A stretch of DNA of 64,000 bases from an uncultured Lactobacillales bacterium. Its GTDB lineage: Bacteria; Pseudomonadota; Alphaproteobacteria; CAYJES01. Made by a program: the position numbers and the translations under genes. Position 1 is the first letter of the stretch. Each line of letters begins with the position of its first letter. Where the stretch lies: assembly GCA_964369365.1 (NCBI GenBank), contig CAYJES010000001.1:30967-94966 (forward strand). Reading direction: 5' to 3'. The notes under the pieces are model-generated. The model was not told where the DNA came from, ran no database searches, and worked only from the letters and a program-made list of their open reading frames with translations. This document shows, in pieces, positions 29,006 to 39,640 of the stretch.

Positions 29006-29638
29006 TTACTTTTCTATCCAAATATAACTATTTTGCCTTAATGCTTTTTCTTTTTGTCTGCGGTATGAATAAAAACTATCTTTCATTGAAAATGTACACA
29101 TATCAATGCCGAAAATATTTTCTTTAGGTATTCCCGATTGCATTAATTGATGATTTGTTAATTCCCACAAGTTCATAGTTTGATTACATATAGAAAACCA
29201 CCCTATAAAATCTTGTCCCCATTCGCTGTCAAAATTTATAAATTCAGAAACTTGTGGAGACAAACTTGGTCCTCTTACAGCCATTATATCATTTGCCGAC
29301 ACATTATAAGTATTGCAAAATTCATCAATGGCTTTACCTATGAAATTTATCCTATTCCCGCGCCAACCAACATGAAGCGCCATTATATATTTTCCACTTT
29401 TATGTGATATTAAAATAGACTGACAATCTGCTGTTTTAATTTTTAAATATATTCCTTTTTCATTTGTGGCATGTCCATCTGCTTGCGGTTGTTCTGACAA
29501 TATGTCTGGATTAAAAATAACACTGTCTTGATGCACTTGATTAAGCTCTCTTGTCAAATCTCTATCAAGATTCAAATCTTCCTTTATTGTCCCAAAAAAA
29601 CATTTTACATTCTTTATTTTTGGGAAAGAAAATTCCAT
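29006..29638 (-). CDS. YfiH/PgeF (laccase-domain, DUF152) family protein.
   Basis: HVGWRGN motif. Size 210 aa. Confidence 0.6.
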   Translation of the reverse strand: MEFSFPKIKNVKCFFGTIKEDLNLDRDLTRELNQVHQDSVIFNPDILSEQPQADGHATNEKGIYLKIKTADCQSILISHKSGKYIMALHVGWRGNRINFIGKAIDEFCNTYNVSANDIMAVRGPSLSPQVSEFINFDSEWGQDFIGWFSICNQTMNLWELTNHQLMQSGIPKENIFGIDMCTFSMKDSFYSYRRQKEKALRQNSYIWIEK

Positions 29639-32600
29639 TATCTTACTTCTATCCTTTTGCTGTATTTAAACAACACTACTATTTCATTATCGATATAATC
29701 CCTATACAATGCTCCGAAATTGAAAGATGAGCTTTCGTCAATTTCATGATTATATGACATTTGGAAATTAGTTTCATTAGGTGTTTTCATATCTATTTCA
29801 TAGTTATCATAATAAATATTTCCATCAATATCCCTAGAATTAGCCAATGACAAATCGAATTTACCAGAATTTATTTTAACCGGTTGTGATATTAAAAATG
29901 AAATATTACTAGTTTGCCCATGCACTCTGTCAAAATTATAGCTTAGTCCCACTGCATATGAGCTTGAATAAAAGTCGCTGATATTTTTTATCAAAGAATT
30001 GTCAGATTCATTCACAACAGTAAAACCTATATTAACAGCACCTATTAAAGACAGCTTATCATTAAAAAATTTCATGTCTGTTTGAAAGCTTGTCATATAT
30101 GTTGTGTTATTTTCCCCTATTCCAAAAGCACCATTCCAAGAATTTCCGAACAGAGTTTCATTTTCATTAATTATACCAAGTTCTATTTTAGTATTAATAT
30201 TTTCATTAACGTCATAACTTATACCTGCCATAAATGCTGTGGCATTTCCTATATATTCGCCTTCTGAAAAACTGTCGTATTCATCATATTCCATAGTGTA
30301 ATTTTGTTGAATAAATCCAACGTTAAAATACGAATTTTGCGAAATTTTAAATGATGAGTTAAATCCATAATTATCATCACTATCATTTTTGAAATAAGGA
30401 TTTAATGGATTGTAATCATTAGAATTAGCCAATGTGAAATTATTGTAAAAATTCGATTTTTCATTCACAAATGTATTGTATGGGTTATTACCGTAATAAA
30501 AATTAAATCCATATTCTTTTTTGCTGTCTTGATATGACAATTCAATTTCTTCCGAATCTTTTATCTCTTCGCTTGTTGATTTGCTGTAATATAAATTAAA
30601 GCTTTCATCCTTGCCAAACGATATTGTTTTATGGGTTTTTGAAGCAAAATTTTCTAAAACTTTTTTTGCATCTATTCTGTTGGTATCTGTTTGGATCAAA
30701 TTGTTTAATTTTATATCATAAGTACGGTTATATTCATCAAAAACTACCATCTTCAAATCTTTGCTTTTGATATTATAAGCGATTGAAGAATCAAGTTTCA
30801 TAGTACTTACATTGATACTTTGTTTTGCAGCAGTTATTTTACTATCTAACCCTACTGATAAAGCGTCTGATGGTCTTGTTGCTCTTTCCAAATCCAACAT
30901 TCCCCATCCATAAATTTCATCTACACCTTCTTCGCCTAAATCTCTTGCTGTTGAAAATAATAGTTGAGTTATCTCTGCGCCACTAAGGTACGGGAAAGCT
31001 CCTTCTATAACTGCTACTGCGCCACTGACTATTGCTGCTGCACCTGATGTTCCTACAACAGCGCTATAACCATTTACTTCAGATGGTACAATACTGTATC
31101 CTGTCGTTAATGTCCAAGTACCAGGAGCAGAAATACAATATTCCATTGCCACACCACATTTATTGCTTGAGGCATGCAATTCTCCTTCATCAACATCATA
31201 ATTCACAACAGTTACAAAATTTTTGTAATATCCTGTACTGCTATCATAATACACATCTTGATAATGTAATGGAATCGCATTATTCATACTAGGTTGTGAT
31301 AACCCTTCATTTCCTGCTGCGAACACAAATATGACATCATTATTAATAACGGCTTGATTCATTTTATCTATATAATTACTGGTATAATTTGTATTTGGAT
31401 TATAGTTACTAGTAGTATCAGTATAATAAGAATTTGCACCTGAACCAACCAGTACATCTCCGAATGCATACTTTAATACATTTTGTGCTTGTGATCCAAA
31501 TTGCCCAGGAGTTGAAGCATTTAAACCAATTTCTGTTTGAGTGTCTTCTGTTGCAACCAGACCATAGCTGTTATTTATTACTGATGCTCCTTTTAATGCA
31601 GCATCTGCAAATGCTTCACCTATATAATAATTAGGTACAAAACTCTCGTCGCTTAATGATATTTTATATGGGATAATTTCAGCATCAGGAGCAACCCCAA
31701 TTATTCCTGTATTGTTGTCTGCAGCAACCATAAGTCCTGCCATATTAGTTCCGTGGGCAACATTTGTAGTTGTTGCATCTTTGCCATCTCCATATTCTCT
31801 ATTAGGGCTTGGATTACCATCTGAGCCTTGTGATTCTCCACAAATAGCAAGACCAGTTGCTACTTCACAAAAATTAAAAGCTACGTTAGTATTTCTTAAA
31901 TCATCTGATCTGTTATCAATTAGCTCTACATGCGATATTTCAACACCCGTATCCATAATAGCAATTTTTATAGCATCACCTTCACCAAAAGAACCTGAAC
32001 CATCTGTACCTAAATAATTAGGAGAAGTGCTGCCATCTGATTTTTTACCAGTAAAACCCCTTGCATGCGCATATGCCATTCTCATTAAATCAAAATCGTC
32101 TTTGTTTGAAAAAGTTAAACTACCGCTTGTTGCAGATCTTATATATTCACTATCATTTAGTACAGCGTCTAAATCTGTTTGCCTTACAAAACCAACTTCA
32201 TCATAATTTTTATCAATAGATGAAGTTCCACCGGAAGACCCTCCACCGCTTGAACCACCGCTATCGCTGCCGCCTCCACCACCTGCAGCTATTGCAACTC
32301 CACCACCTACTAGTGCAACCGCACCTACTGTTAAGCCTACTTTTCCTATAGAAAACCCTCCAGAAGTAGCAGAGGCTATAGTTGTAGATGAAATTGGCGT
32401 TGATGCTTGAGCTTGGTATGAGTTTATTTGTTTTATCATTGCTGATTGTGAACAATTATTTGGATTAAATCTTGAAAAAAGATGTCGTATTCTTGCATCT
32501 CTACTTAGCATTCCGGCGCAATAAACGAAATCTCTGCTTGCATCTCTTACTAATGGTCTTGCTCCATTTGAAAGCAAAATATTTGTTATTTCATAATTTT

Positions 32601-32796
32601 GATTCATCAAAGAATAACTAAGTGGAGTATTACCAAACCTGTCCACGACATTAACATTATATGGATTTATAGTTTGCATAACAAGATTCATATTATTTGT
32701 TTTTGCACCGTTTATAACTCTGAAATCAACTTGTGAGTATGCGGGATTTTGATTAAAAATTATAACAGCAAGAGAACACAAAAAAATCTTTTTCAT
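29638..32796 (-). CDS. Secreted S8 subtilisin-like serine protease with N-terminal ankyrin repeats, Gly/Ser-rich linker and a large C-terminal beta-rich (autotransporter-like) domain.
   Basis: Signal peptide. Ankyrin segment GNTPLSYSLMNQNYEITNILLSNGA. Catalytic triad contexts AIMDTGV (Asp), HGTNMAG (His) and GTSGAA (Ser). C-terminal ~350 aa with alternating aromatic beta-strand pattern. Confidence 0.7.
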   Translation of the reverse strand: MKKIFLCSLAVIIFNQNPAYSQVDFRVINGAKTNNMNLVMQTINPYNVNVVDRFGNTPLSYSLMNQNYEITNILLSNGARPLVRDASRDFVYCAGMLSRDARIRHLFSRFNPNNCSQSAMIKQINSYQAQASTPISSTTIASATSGGFSIGKVGLTVGAVALVGGGVAIAAGGGGGSDSGGSSGGGSSGGTSSIDKNYDEVGFVRQTDLDAVLNDSEYIRSATSGSLTFSNKDDFDLMRMAYAHARGFTGKKSDGSTSPNYLGTDGSGSFGEGDAIKIAIMDTGVEISHVELIDNRSDDLRNTNVAFNFCEVATGLAICGESQGSDGNPSPNREYGDGKDATTTNVAHGTNMAGLMVAADNNTGIIGVAPDAEIIPYKISLSDESFVPNYYIGEAFADAALKGASVINNSYGLVATEDTQTEIGLNASTPGQFGSQAQNVLKYAFGDVLVGSGANSYYTDTTSNYNPNTNYTSNYIDKMNQAVINNDVIFVFAAGNEGLSQPSMNNAIPLHYQDVYYDSSTGYYKNFVTVVNYDVDEGELHASSNKCGVAMEYCISAPGTWTLTTGYSIVPSEVNGYSAVVGTSGAAAIVSGAVAVIEGAFPYLSGAEITQLLFSTARDLGEEGVDEIYGWGMLDLERATRPSDALSVGLDSKITAAKQSINVSTMKLDSSIAYNIKSKDLKMVVFDEYNRTYDIKLNNLIQTDTNRIDAKKVLENFASKTHKTISFGKDESFNLYYSKSTSEEIKDSEEIELSYQDSKKEYGFNFYYGNNPYNTFVNEKSNFYNNFTLANSNDYNPLNPYFKNDSDDNYGFNSSFKISQNSYFNVGFIQQNYTMEYDEYDSFSEGEYIGNATAFMAGISYDVNENINTKIELGIINENETLFGNSWNGAFGIGENNTTYMTSFQTDMKFFNDKLSLIGAVNIGFTVVNESDNSLIKNISDFYSSSYAVGLSYNFDRVHGQTSNISFLISQPVKINSGKFDLSLANSRDIDGNIYYDNYEIDMKTPNETNFQMSYNHEIDESSSFNFGALYRDYIDNEIVVLFKYSKRIEVR

Positions 32797-32846
32797 AGCA
32801 ATTCCTCCGAAAAAAATGACTCAGATTCAGAATTAAACTATTTTTC

Positions 32847-35800
32847 TTAATTTTTCTTTAATGTATCCTTCATTTTCATGATTAATATATAAAACAATGG
32901 TGTAGCAAGTAATCCAACCACAGTCCCCATAACCATTCCATAGAATACCGGAGAACCAAGAGCTCTTCTTGCTGCTGCTCCTGCTCCTGTTGCTATTATC
33001 ATTGGGAATACCCCTAATATAAAAGTAAAGGCAGTCATCAAAACAGCACGGAAACGTTCTTGCGTACCAATTTTAGCCGCAGCAATAACCCCAGCACCTT
33101 TTTCCCGTTCGGTTTGAGCGAACTCTACAATCAAAATCGCGCTTTTCGAACCAAGTCCTACTATTAATATCAATCCCAACTGAGCATAAATACTGAGTGA
33201 CAACCCCAACACGTAAAGTGCAGCTAATGCTCCAAACATTGCGACAAATACCGACAACAACACAGGAATAGGCGTGGTCCAACTTTCGTATTGAGCAACC
33301 AAGAATAAATATCCAAAAACAATAGCAAGAATTATTAAAAATCCTACCTGCCCTTGACTTTTAGCCTCTTGATAAGTAAGCCCGCTCCATTCGAAAGTGT
33401 ATCCATACATACTTTCATCCATAAATAGATTTTCTATTGATGCCATAACATCGCCAGATGCAGCAGTGGGCATAAGGACGATAGAAATTCCTGCGGCCGG
33501 ATATTGGTTGTATCTTGACACAATACGAGGAGATAACACTTTTTTAAGTTCTATCAACGAAGATAAAGGCACGAATTTTCCCTTTGAAGAAAGTACATGC
33601 AGATTTTTTATTGCCTCAGGACTTTTCCTGTAATCCCAACTGGCCTGCAAAACTACTTTATTTACTTGAGTTCCAAAATTAACATCATTTATATAACTTG
33701 AACCTAAATAATTTTGTAAAACTCCTAATATTTCGCCAGTTTTCACACCCATTGCTTCGGCTTTTTTCCTATCTATTTCTATAAAAATACTTGCCTTTTT
33801 TGCAGTATAGCTTGTATAGGCATATGCAACGCCTGGAATAGCGCTGATTTTTGCAACCACTTCCCCCGTTTTATCGTCTAGCTCTTGCGGATCTGAAGTT
33901 AACAAGGATTGCAATTTCATATCAATACCAGCAGAAAGTCCAAGACCAGGAATCGATGGACGTTGAAAGAAGTTGACTCTTGCTTCTGGGATTTGTTCTG
34001 TTTGTTTTCTAAATTCATTAATAATGGCAGTAGGAGTTTTATCTTCGCCTCTTTCATTCCATGGAGAAAGAGGTAAAATTACAAATGCTGTATTTTCTCC
34101 GTCAGCACCATAAATAGCAAGATCCGAAACGATTTCTTCTTCTTGCTTATATATTTTTTTCATTTTTTCCACAACTTCTTGCGTTCTGCTTAAAGTTGCT
34201 CCTTCTGGCAATTGGATATTAGCAAACATTACGCCTTGATCTTCTTGCGGAATAAAGCTGGTCGAAGATATGTTTAAAATCCCTATTGTAGCAACTATGA
34301 ATGCCAGTAAAAACAATAATACAAAAATAATTTTCTTGCCCAAAACTTGTAACCAATATGCGTAAACATTGCTTAAATTCTTTAACCTTTTATTAAAAGT
34401 TGCAAAAAATCCAGTTTTTCTTTCTTTTAAAGGCTTTAAAATCAACCCACATAGTGCAGGAGATAATGTCAATGCATTAAGTGAAGAAAACACAACCGCC
34501 GTTGAAATAGCAACTGCAAATTGCTGGTAAATTTTACCCGTAATTCCGCCTAAAAAACCTATTGGAACAAAGATCGCAAGCAACACAAGAGTTGTTGCAA
34601 TCACCGCACCCGATACTTCATCCATTGCTTTTAACGCTGCTTCTTTACCACTTAGCTTCTCTTTTTGCATAATAGCAAGAACACGTTCAACCACAACAAT
34701 AGCATCATCAACCACAAGACCAATTGCCAAAACCAATCCAAACAATGTTAAAATATTAATACTGTAACCCAACACCAATAAAACAGCAAAAGTAGCAAGC
34801 AAAGAAGTTGGAATCGTTAAAACAGGTATAATCGTAGCCCTGACATCTTGTAAAAACAAATAACAAACCACAGCAACCAAAACAAAAGTCAAAAGTAATG
34901 TATAAATAACTTCTGTAATCGATGCAGATATATATTCAGTAGTGTCATAAGAAACTTCTATTCCTATTCCTTCTGGTAGCATTTTTTTAAGTTTTTCGAT
35001 TGTCTCTTTGACATTAGACATAGTTTGCACTGCATTTGCGCCTGATAACATACTTATCACTATTGATACAGATGGATTATTTCTAAGCTCTGCTACTATT
35101 CCATAACTTTCATTACCAATTTCAATATCAGCAACATCAGAAAGCCTTACGACACCTCCTGATTCATTTGTCCTGATAATAATATCCTTGAATGTTTCCA
35201 CCGTATTAAGTCTGCCTAGCGTTTCAAGGCTATAGGTAAGAGATGTTGCCTCTTCATTAGGCATTGCACCAACTGAACCAAGAGATGTTTGTGTGTTTTG
35301 ACTTTCGATTGCAATCTTTACATCATTAAGCGAAATGCCAAGCGCTGTTAATTTGTTTGAATTTAACCAAACCCTCATACTTGCTTTTGATGCTCTGACC
35401 ATAACATCACCAACACCAGCAGTACGAATCAATTCGTTTTTTACATTGTTTTCTACATAATCAGCAAGCTCTAGTATCCCTACTTTGCCATCAGTGGAAT
35501 ATAATGAAATATATCCAAGAGAATCAGGAGACTTTGTCCTGACCGAAAGTCCTGTCCTAGAAACCTCAGATGGCAATCTTGCTGTTGCTTGTTGAATACG
35601 GTTTTGAACCTCAGTTTGAGCAATATCTTGATCCACATCAGTGTCAAAAGTTATGCTTAATGAATACGTACCTTTGTTTGATGAGGTTGATTCCATATAA
35701 AGCATACCTGGAACACCATTTACACTGTCTTCTATCGGAATCCCCACAGATTTTGCAATAACATCAGCAGATGCGCCAGGATAGCTTGCAAAAATAGATA

Positions 35801-35930
35801 CAACAGGAGGAGTTACCTGAGGATATAACGAAATTGATAAAGAAAATAATGATATCGCCCCCGCCAATGACAATACTATCGATATTACCATAGCGAATTT
35901 TGGGCGATTTATGAAAAATTTAGAAAACAT
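32847..35930 (-). CDS. RND (HAE1/AcrB-like) efflux transporter.
   Basis: Size 1027 aa. 12-TM RND architecture. AcrB-like N-terminus MFSKFFINRPKFAMVISIVL. Confidence 0.85.
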   Translation of the reverse strand: MFSKFFINRPKFAMVISIVLSLAGAISLFSLSISLYPQVTPPVVSIFASYPGASADVIAKSVGIPIEDSVNGVPGMLYMESTSSNKGTYSLSITFDTDVDQDIAQTEVQNRIQQATARLPSEVSRTGLSVRTKSPDSLGYISLYSTDGKVGILELADYVENNVKNELIRTAGVGDVMVRASKASMRVWLNSNKLTALGISLNDVKIAIESQNTQTSLGSVGAMPNEEATSLTYSLETLGRLNTVETFKDIIIRTNESGGVVRLSDVADIEIGNESYGIVAELRNNPSVSIVISMLSGANAVQTMSNVKETIEKLKKMLPEGIGIEVSYDTTEYISASITEVIYTLLLTFVLVAVVCYLFLQDVRATIIPVLTIPTSLLATFAVLLVLGYSINILTLFGLVLAIGLVVDDAIVVVERVLAIMQKEKLSGKEAALKAMDEVSGAVIATTLVLLAIFVPIGFLGGITGKIYQQFAVAISTAVVFSSLNALTLSPALCGLILKPLKERKTGFFATFNKRLKNLSNVYAYWLQVLGKKIIFVLLFLLAFIVATIGILNISSTSFIPQEDQGVMFANIQLPEGATLSRTQEVVEKMKKIYKQEEEIVSDLAIYGADGENTAFVILPLSPWNERGEDKTPTAIINEFRKQTEQIPEARVNFFQRPSIPGLGLSAGIDMKLQSLLTSDPQELDDKTGEVVAKISAIPGVAYAYTSYTAKKASIFIEIDRKKAEAMGVKTGEILGVLQNYLGSSYINDVNFGTQVNKVVLQASWDYRKSPEAIKNLHVLSSKGKFVPLSSLIELKKVLSPRIVSRYNQYPAAGISIVLMPTAASGDVMASIENLFMDESMYGYTFEWSGLTYQEAKSQGQVGFLIILAIVFGYLFLVAQYESWTTPIPVLLSVFVAMFGALAALYVLGLSLSIYAQLGLILIVGLGSKSAILIVEFAQTEREKGAGVIAAAKIGTQERFRAVLMTAFTFILGVFPMIIATGAGAAARRALGSPVFYGMVMGTVVGLLATPLFYILIMKMKDTLKKN

Positions 35931-37063
35931 TATTCAACCTCTTGCGGTTTTACTTTTGCGCCGTTACTTATTTTTTGCAGACCTTCTATTATTATTTTTT
36001 CCCCGCCATTTAATCCTTCATCAACAACTTGCGTTTTACCGATTAATGATCCTGATTTAATCCTTGTTTGGATAGCTTTATTATCTTTGTCTATTAAATA
36101 AACATAACTGCCATATTTGTCTTCACCTATTGCTGTTGCTGGCACAACGACAACTGGACTGTCCATTTTTTCAAAAACTATTACTTTTACATAATTGCCT
36201 GCAGTTAATAAATTTTCTGTGTTCTTGTACTCCCCATATAATGTTATCGTGGCAGTATCTTTATCTATTTGATTGTCCACAAAAAGTGAAGTCATTTTTT
36301 CAGGTAAAATTTTGCCATTTGCAAGCTCTATTTCTATATCAATGTTTTCAGTCCCCAAAACTTTACCATTCAAATATTCCTTATCAGATACAGAAAAAGC
36401 AACCCTTATCGGATTTTGCTGGACTATTCTTGCCAAGCTTGTTTGACCTGAGGTTACAAAGTTTCCTTCTGTTACCAATGCTGTACCTATCATACCTGCG
36501 ATTGGTGCTTTTATCTTAGAATTTTCTAGGTCAATTTCTGCAAGCTTTACATTTGCTGCTGCTTGTTTTTGCGATGCACGAGCCTGCGCCAATTCTGATT
36601 CAGCCTTTTCCAAACTTGATTCAGAAATATGATTATCTTTATATAGCGTTACAGTTCTTATGAAATCTTTTTCCAACATCACAACATTTGCATTTGCATG
36701 TTCAAGTTCCGCTGTTTTTAAAGACAAATTTGCTGAATATTTATCAGAGTCTATTTTAAATAATACTTGCCCTTTTTTTACTAATGAACCTTCTTCAAAT
36801 AAAACCCTTTCTACGTTTCCAGAAATTTCAGGCTTTAAATCAACAAATTTTATTGGCTCTACTATTCCTATATATTCAATCTTTGGTGAAATGTCTTGTT
36901 TTTTGACTTCCTGAGAAAAAACGGCAACATCGCCTTGCGCGCCACCTTTACGCATCATCATAGCCTTAACATTAGCAGGAGGTCCTGACGTCGCACCACG
37001 TACAAACCAACCCGCAATAAGAGAAGATGTTATAATTATAACCAGAAAAATAACGTTTTTCAT
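35930..37063 (-). CDS. RND efflux periplasmic adaptor (MFP, AcrA/HlyD-like).
   Basis: Signal anchor. Coiled-coil and lipoyl/beta-barrel layout. 1-nt overlap with the RND gene. Confidence 0.8.
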   Translation of the reverse strand: MKNVIFLVIIITSSLIAGWFVRGATSGPPANVKAMMMRKGGAQGDVAVFSQEVKKQDISPKIEYIGIVEPIKFVDLKPEISGNVERVLFEEGSLVKKGQVLFKIDSDKYSANLSLKTAELEHANANVVMLEKDFIRTVTLYKDNHISESSLEKAESELAQARASQKQAAANVKLAEIDLENSKIKAPIAGMIGTALVTEGNFVTSGQTSLARIVQQNPIRVAFSVSDKEYLNGKVLGTENIDIEIELANGKILPEKMTSLFVDNQIDKDTATITLYGEYKNTENLLTAGNYVKVIVFEKMDSPVVVVPATAIGEDKYGSYVYLIDKDNKAIQTRIKSGSLIGKTQVVDEGLNGGEKIIIEGLQKISNGAKVKPQEVE

Positions 37064-37214
37064 TACGATTTCCTTAAAAGTTTATTTTCAAACAGGATAT
37101 ACCTATCTTCAAATATTGCAATAAAATAAAACTTACCCATATTATACGTTTTAAAATTAAAAAAGTTTCGGTTAGAGATATTAATTATTACATTGGTTAA
37201 GTTCTCTAATTTTA

Positions 37215-37242
37215 AAAGGGGCAACTTTTCATTGCCCCTTTT
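37215..37242 (-). terminator. Rho-independent terminator (bidirectional-capable hairpin) downstream of the nrdD fragments.
   Basis: aaaaGGGGCAActtttcaTTGCCCCtttt: 7-bp GC-rich stem flanked by A and T runs. Confidence 0.6.
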
Positions 37243-37265
37243 CATGTCTTGGTTAAAAAATAACC

Positions 37266-37454
37266 TTATGCTGCTTGAACTTTAGCTGCTTTTTCAGCTG
37301 TTGCTTGATTTTCAGTAAAGCATACTCTTTCGTTATACTCACCTTTTTTCCCAATATTGAATTGAGAATATGGACGGTGATATCCCATTACCCTTGTCCA
37401 AACTTCACAAGGTTGTCTTTCTTCATCTTTTAATAGTGTTTCTACGCTTCCCAT
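37266..37454 (-). CDS. Stand-alone glycyl-radical domain of the anaerobic ribonucleotide reductase (C-terminal NrdD fragment). In frame with and 25 nt downstream of the main nrdD ORF.
   Basis: Protein WTRVMGYHRPYSQFNIGKKGEYNERV matches the NrdD C-terminal RVxGY glycyl-radical loop. AAGGAGG lies 5 nt upstream of its ATG. Confidence 0.65.
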   Translation of the reverse strand: MGSVETLLKDEERQPCEVWTRVMGYHRPYSQFNIGKKGEYNERVCFTENQATAEKAAKVQAA

Positions 37455-37478
37455 TTTATCCTCCTTTGTTATTGTTAA

Positions 37479-39581
37479 TTAATTATCTTTTTTATCTTTT
37501 TGCTTTTTTGCAATAATTTCTTGATCGCATAGTGGGCAAAATTTATGTTCGCCAGAAATATAACCATGTTTTGGACATATAGAGAATGTCGGAGTTACAG
37601 TTATATAAGGCAAACGGTAATTCGTAAGCACTTTACGTACTAAATTTTTACATACTTCTGAATCTGAAATTCTTTCATTCATGTAAAGGTGAAGTACTGT
37701 ACCACCTGTGTATTTTGTTTGTAAGTCTTCTTGTAAATCCAATGCAGTGAAAGGATCATCAGTAAATCCTACTGGAAGTTGTGATGAATTCGTATAAAAC
37801 GGATTTTCATCAGTACCAGCATGTAAAATATCAGGATATTTAGCAATATCACTTTTTACCATACGGTATGTTGCGCCTTCGGCTGGGGTTGCTTCTAAAT
37901 TATACATATGTCCCGTTTCATTTTGAAATTCTACCATCTTATTTCTGATGTGATCTAAGAACTTTATTGCAAATTCGTTGCCAAATTTATCAGTGATGTT
38001 ATTTTTATCGTTGGTAAAGTTTCTTATCATCTCATTTATGCCGTTTACGCCAATAGTAGAGAAATGATTCCTTAATGTACCAAGATAACGTTTTGTAAAT
38101 GGGAACAATCCTTCATCCATATGCTTTTGAATTGTTTTTCTTTTCACTTCTAGTGAATTCTTAGCCATTTCAAGCAACACATCTAGTCTTTTATATAAAC
38201 CTTCTTCATCACCTTTATATTCATAACCCATACGAGCACAGTTTAATGTAACCACACCAATAGAGCCAGTTTGTTCCGCAGAACCAAACAAACCATTACC
38301 TTTTGCAAGCAACTCTCTTAAATCCAATTGCAAACGACAGCACATAGAACGTACCATTTTTGGTGACAATGGAGAGTTTATGAAATTTTGGAAGTATGGC
38401 AAACCATATTTGGCAGTCATTTCAAACAATAATGTTGTGTTTTCATCATCCCAAGGAAAATCCTTAGTAATATTATAAGTAGGAATCGGGAAAGTAAATA
38501 AACGACCTTTACTATCTCCCTTTGTCATTACTTCTATGTATGCGCGGTTTATCATTGCCATTTCATCTTTTAATTCGCTATAAGTAAATGACATTTCTTC
38601 GCCAGCTATTACTGGGTGATTATTTTCCAAATCTTCTGGGCATACCCAATCAAAAGTTAGGTTTGTAAATGGAGTTTGAGTACCCCAACGTGATGGCACA
38701 TTCAAATTATAAATAAATTCTTGGATATGCTGTTTTACTTCTGCATAATCTAGATTATCTTTTCTGATGAATGGTGCAAGATAAGTGTCAAATGATGAAA
38801 ATGCTTGTGCACCAGCCCATTCGTTTTGCACAGTACCAAAGAAATTTACAGCTTGACCAAGAGCACTTCCCAAATGTTTAGGAGGAGAAGATTCAACTTT
38901 ATTAGCTACGCCATTAAATCCTTCTAATAATAAAGTTTTCAACGACCAACCTGCGCAATAACCAGCCAACATATCTAAATCATGAATGTAAAAATCGCCA
39001 TTTCTATGAGCATCGCCAATTTCAGGAGAATAAACATGAGACAACCAATAATTAGCAGTTAATTTACCAGATATATTAAGAATAAGCCCGCCTAATGAAT
39101 ATCCTTGGTTTGCATTTGCATTAACACGCCAATCTGCTTGTGATAAATATTCATTGATAGATGATACTGCATCAACAACAGCTTTTTTATCTTGACGCAT
39201 TTTTGCGCGTTGTTCACGATATACTATATACGCACGTGCAGTTTTAATAAAATTGTTAACAATTAATGTTTGCTCTACTACATCTTGTATTTGTTCAATA
39301 GTAGGATAATTTTTTTCATAAGTACGATATTTAAGAACTTTTAAAACTTGTTTTGCAAGCAAACGAGCTTCTTCTTCTTCAAATTCGCCAGTAGCCTCAC
39401 CTGCCATTTTTACAGCAGAAAGGATTTTTTCCTGATCAAAAGGCATTTTTGTATTATCTCTTTTAATTACAAAAGATAAAGTCGCCAAAGAAATTACTTT
39501 TTTATCGTCTTCTTTCATCAAAACATCACTCACTTTTAAATTATTCCCATCTATCTGAACTGTTAAACCATTATTGCACAT
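37479..39581 (-). CDS. nrdD: Anaerobic ribonucleoside-triphosphate reductase (class III) main chain, ending at an in-frame TAA before the glycyl-radical loop. Start uncertain (39581 or 39518); the track start at 39671 is an over-extension.
   Basis: ATP-cone (VIKRDNTKMPFDQEKI). Class III RNR core. C-terminal Zn ribbon CPKHG...CPLCD. NrdR-box-like palindromes lie inside the track's 5' extension. Confidence 0.75.
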   Translation of the reverse strand: MCNNGLTVQIDGNNLKVSDVLMKEDDKKVISLATLSFVIKRDNTKMPFDQEKILSAVKMAGEATGEFEEEEARLLAKQVLKVLKYRTYEKNYPTIEQIQDVVEQTLIVNNFIKTARAYIVYREQRAKMRQDKKAVVDAVSSINEYLSQADWRVNANANQGYSLGGLILNISGKLTANYWLSHVYSPEIGDAHRNGDFYIHDLDMLAGYCAGWSLKTLLLEGFNGVANKVESSPPKHLGSALGQAVNFFGTVQNEWAGAQAFSSFDTYLAPFIRKDNLDYAEVKQHIQEFIYNLNVPSRWGTQTPFTNLTFDWVCPEDLENNHPVIAGEEMSFTYSELKDEMAMINRAYIEVMTKGDSKGRLFTFPIPTYNITKDFPWDDENTTLLFEMTAKYGLPYFQNFINSPLSPKMVRSMCCRLQLDLRELLAKGNGLFGSAEQTGSIGVVTLNCARMGYEYKGDEEGLYKRLDVLLEMAKNSLEVKRKTIQKHMDEGLFPFTKRYLGTLRNHFSTIGVNGINEMIRNFTNDKNNITDKFGNEFAIKFLDHIRNKMVEFQNETGHMYNLEATPAEGATYRMVKSDIAKYPDILHAGTDENPFYTNSSQLPVGFTDDPFTALDLQEDLQTKYTGGTVLHLYMNERISDSEVCKNLVRKVLTNYRLPYITVTPTFSICPKHGYISGEHKFCPLCDQEIIAKKQKDKKDN

Positions 39582-39593
39582 TATTATTAATAT

Positions 39594-39640
39594 TTCGTAT
39601 ATATAGAGTCTATTTGTATATTTGCATACTATATATAGTA
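39594..39640 (-). promoter_or_regulatory. Two NrdR-box-like palindromes upstream of nrdD, centres ~32 bp apart.
   Basis: Box 2 TACTATATATAGTA is a perfect 14-bp palindrome at 39627-39640. Box 1 GTATATATAGAG is at 39597-39608. Compare NrdR consensus acaCwAtATaTwGtgt. Confidence 0.5.

Noticed and set aside
32200-32320. DNA that looks like a short tandem repeat (ggtggaggcggcagcgatagcggtggttcaagcggtggagg...).
   Set aside because: It encodes the Gly/Ser-rich linker (GGGGGSDSGGSSGGGSSGG) of the subtilase. It is coding low complexity, not a repeat element or CRISPR.
37063-37245. 60-aa ORF between acrA and the nrdD fragment.
   Set aside because: It spans the terminator hairpin and the AT-rich intergenic region and has no RBS. 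Likely non-coding.
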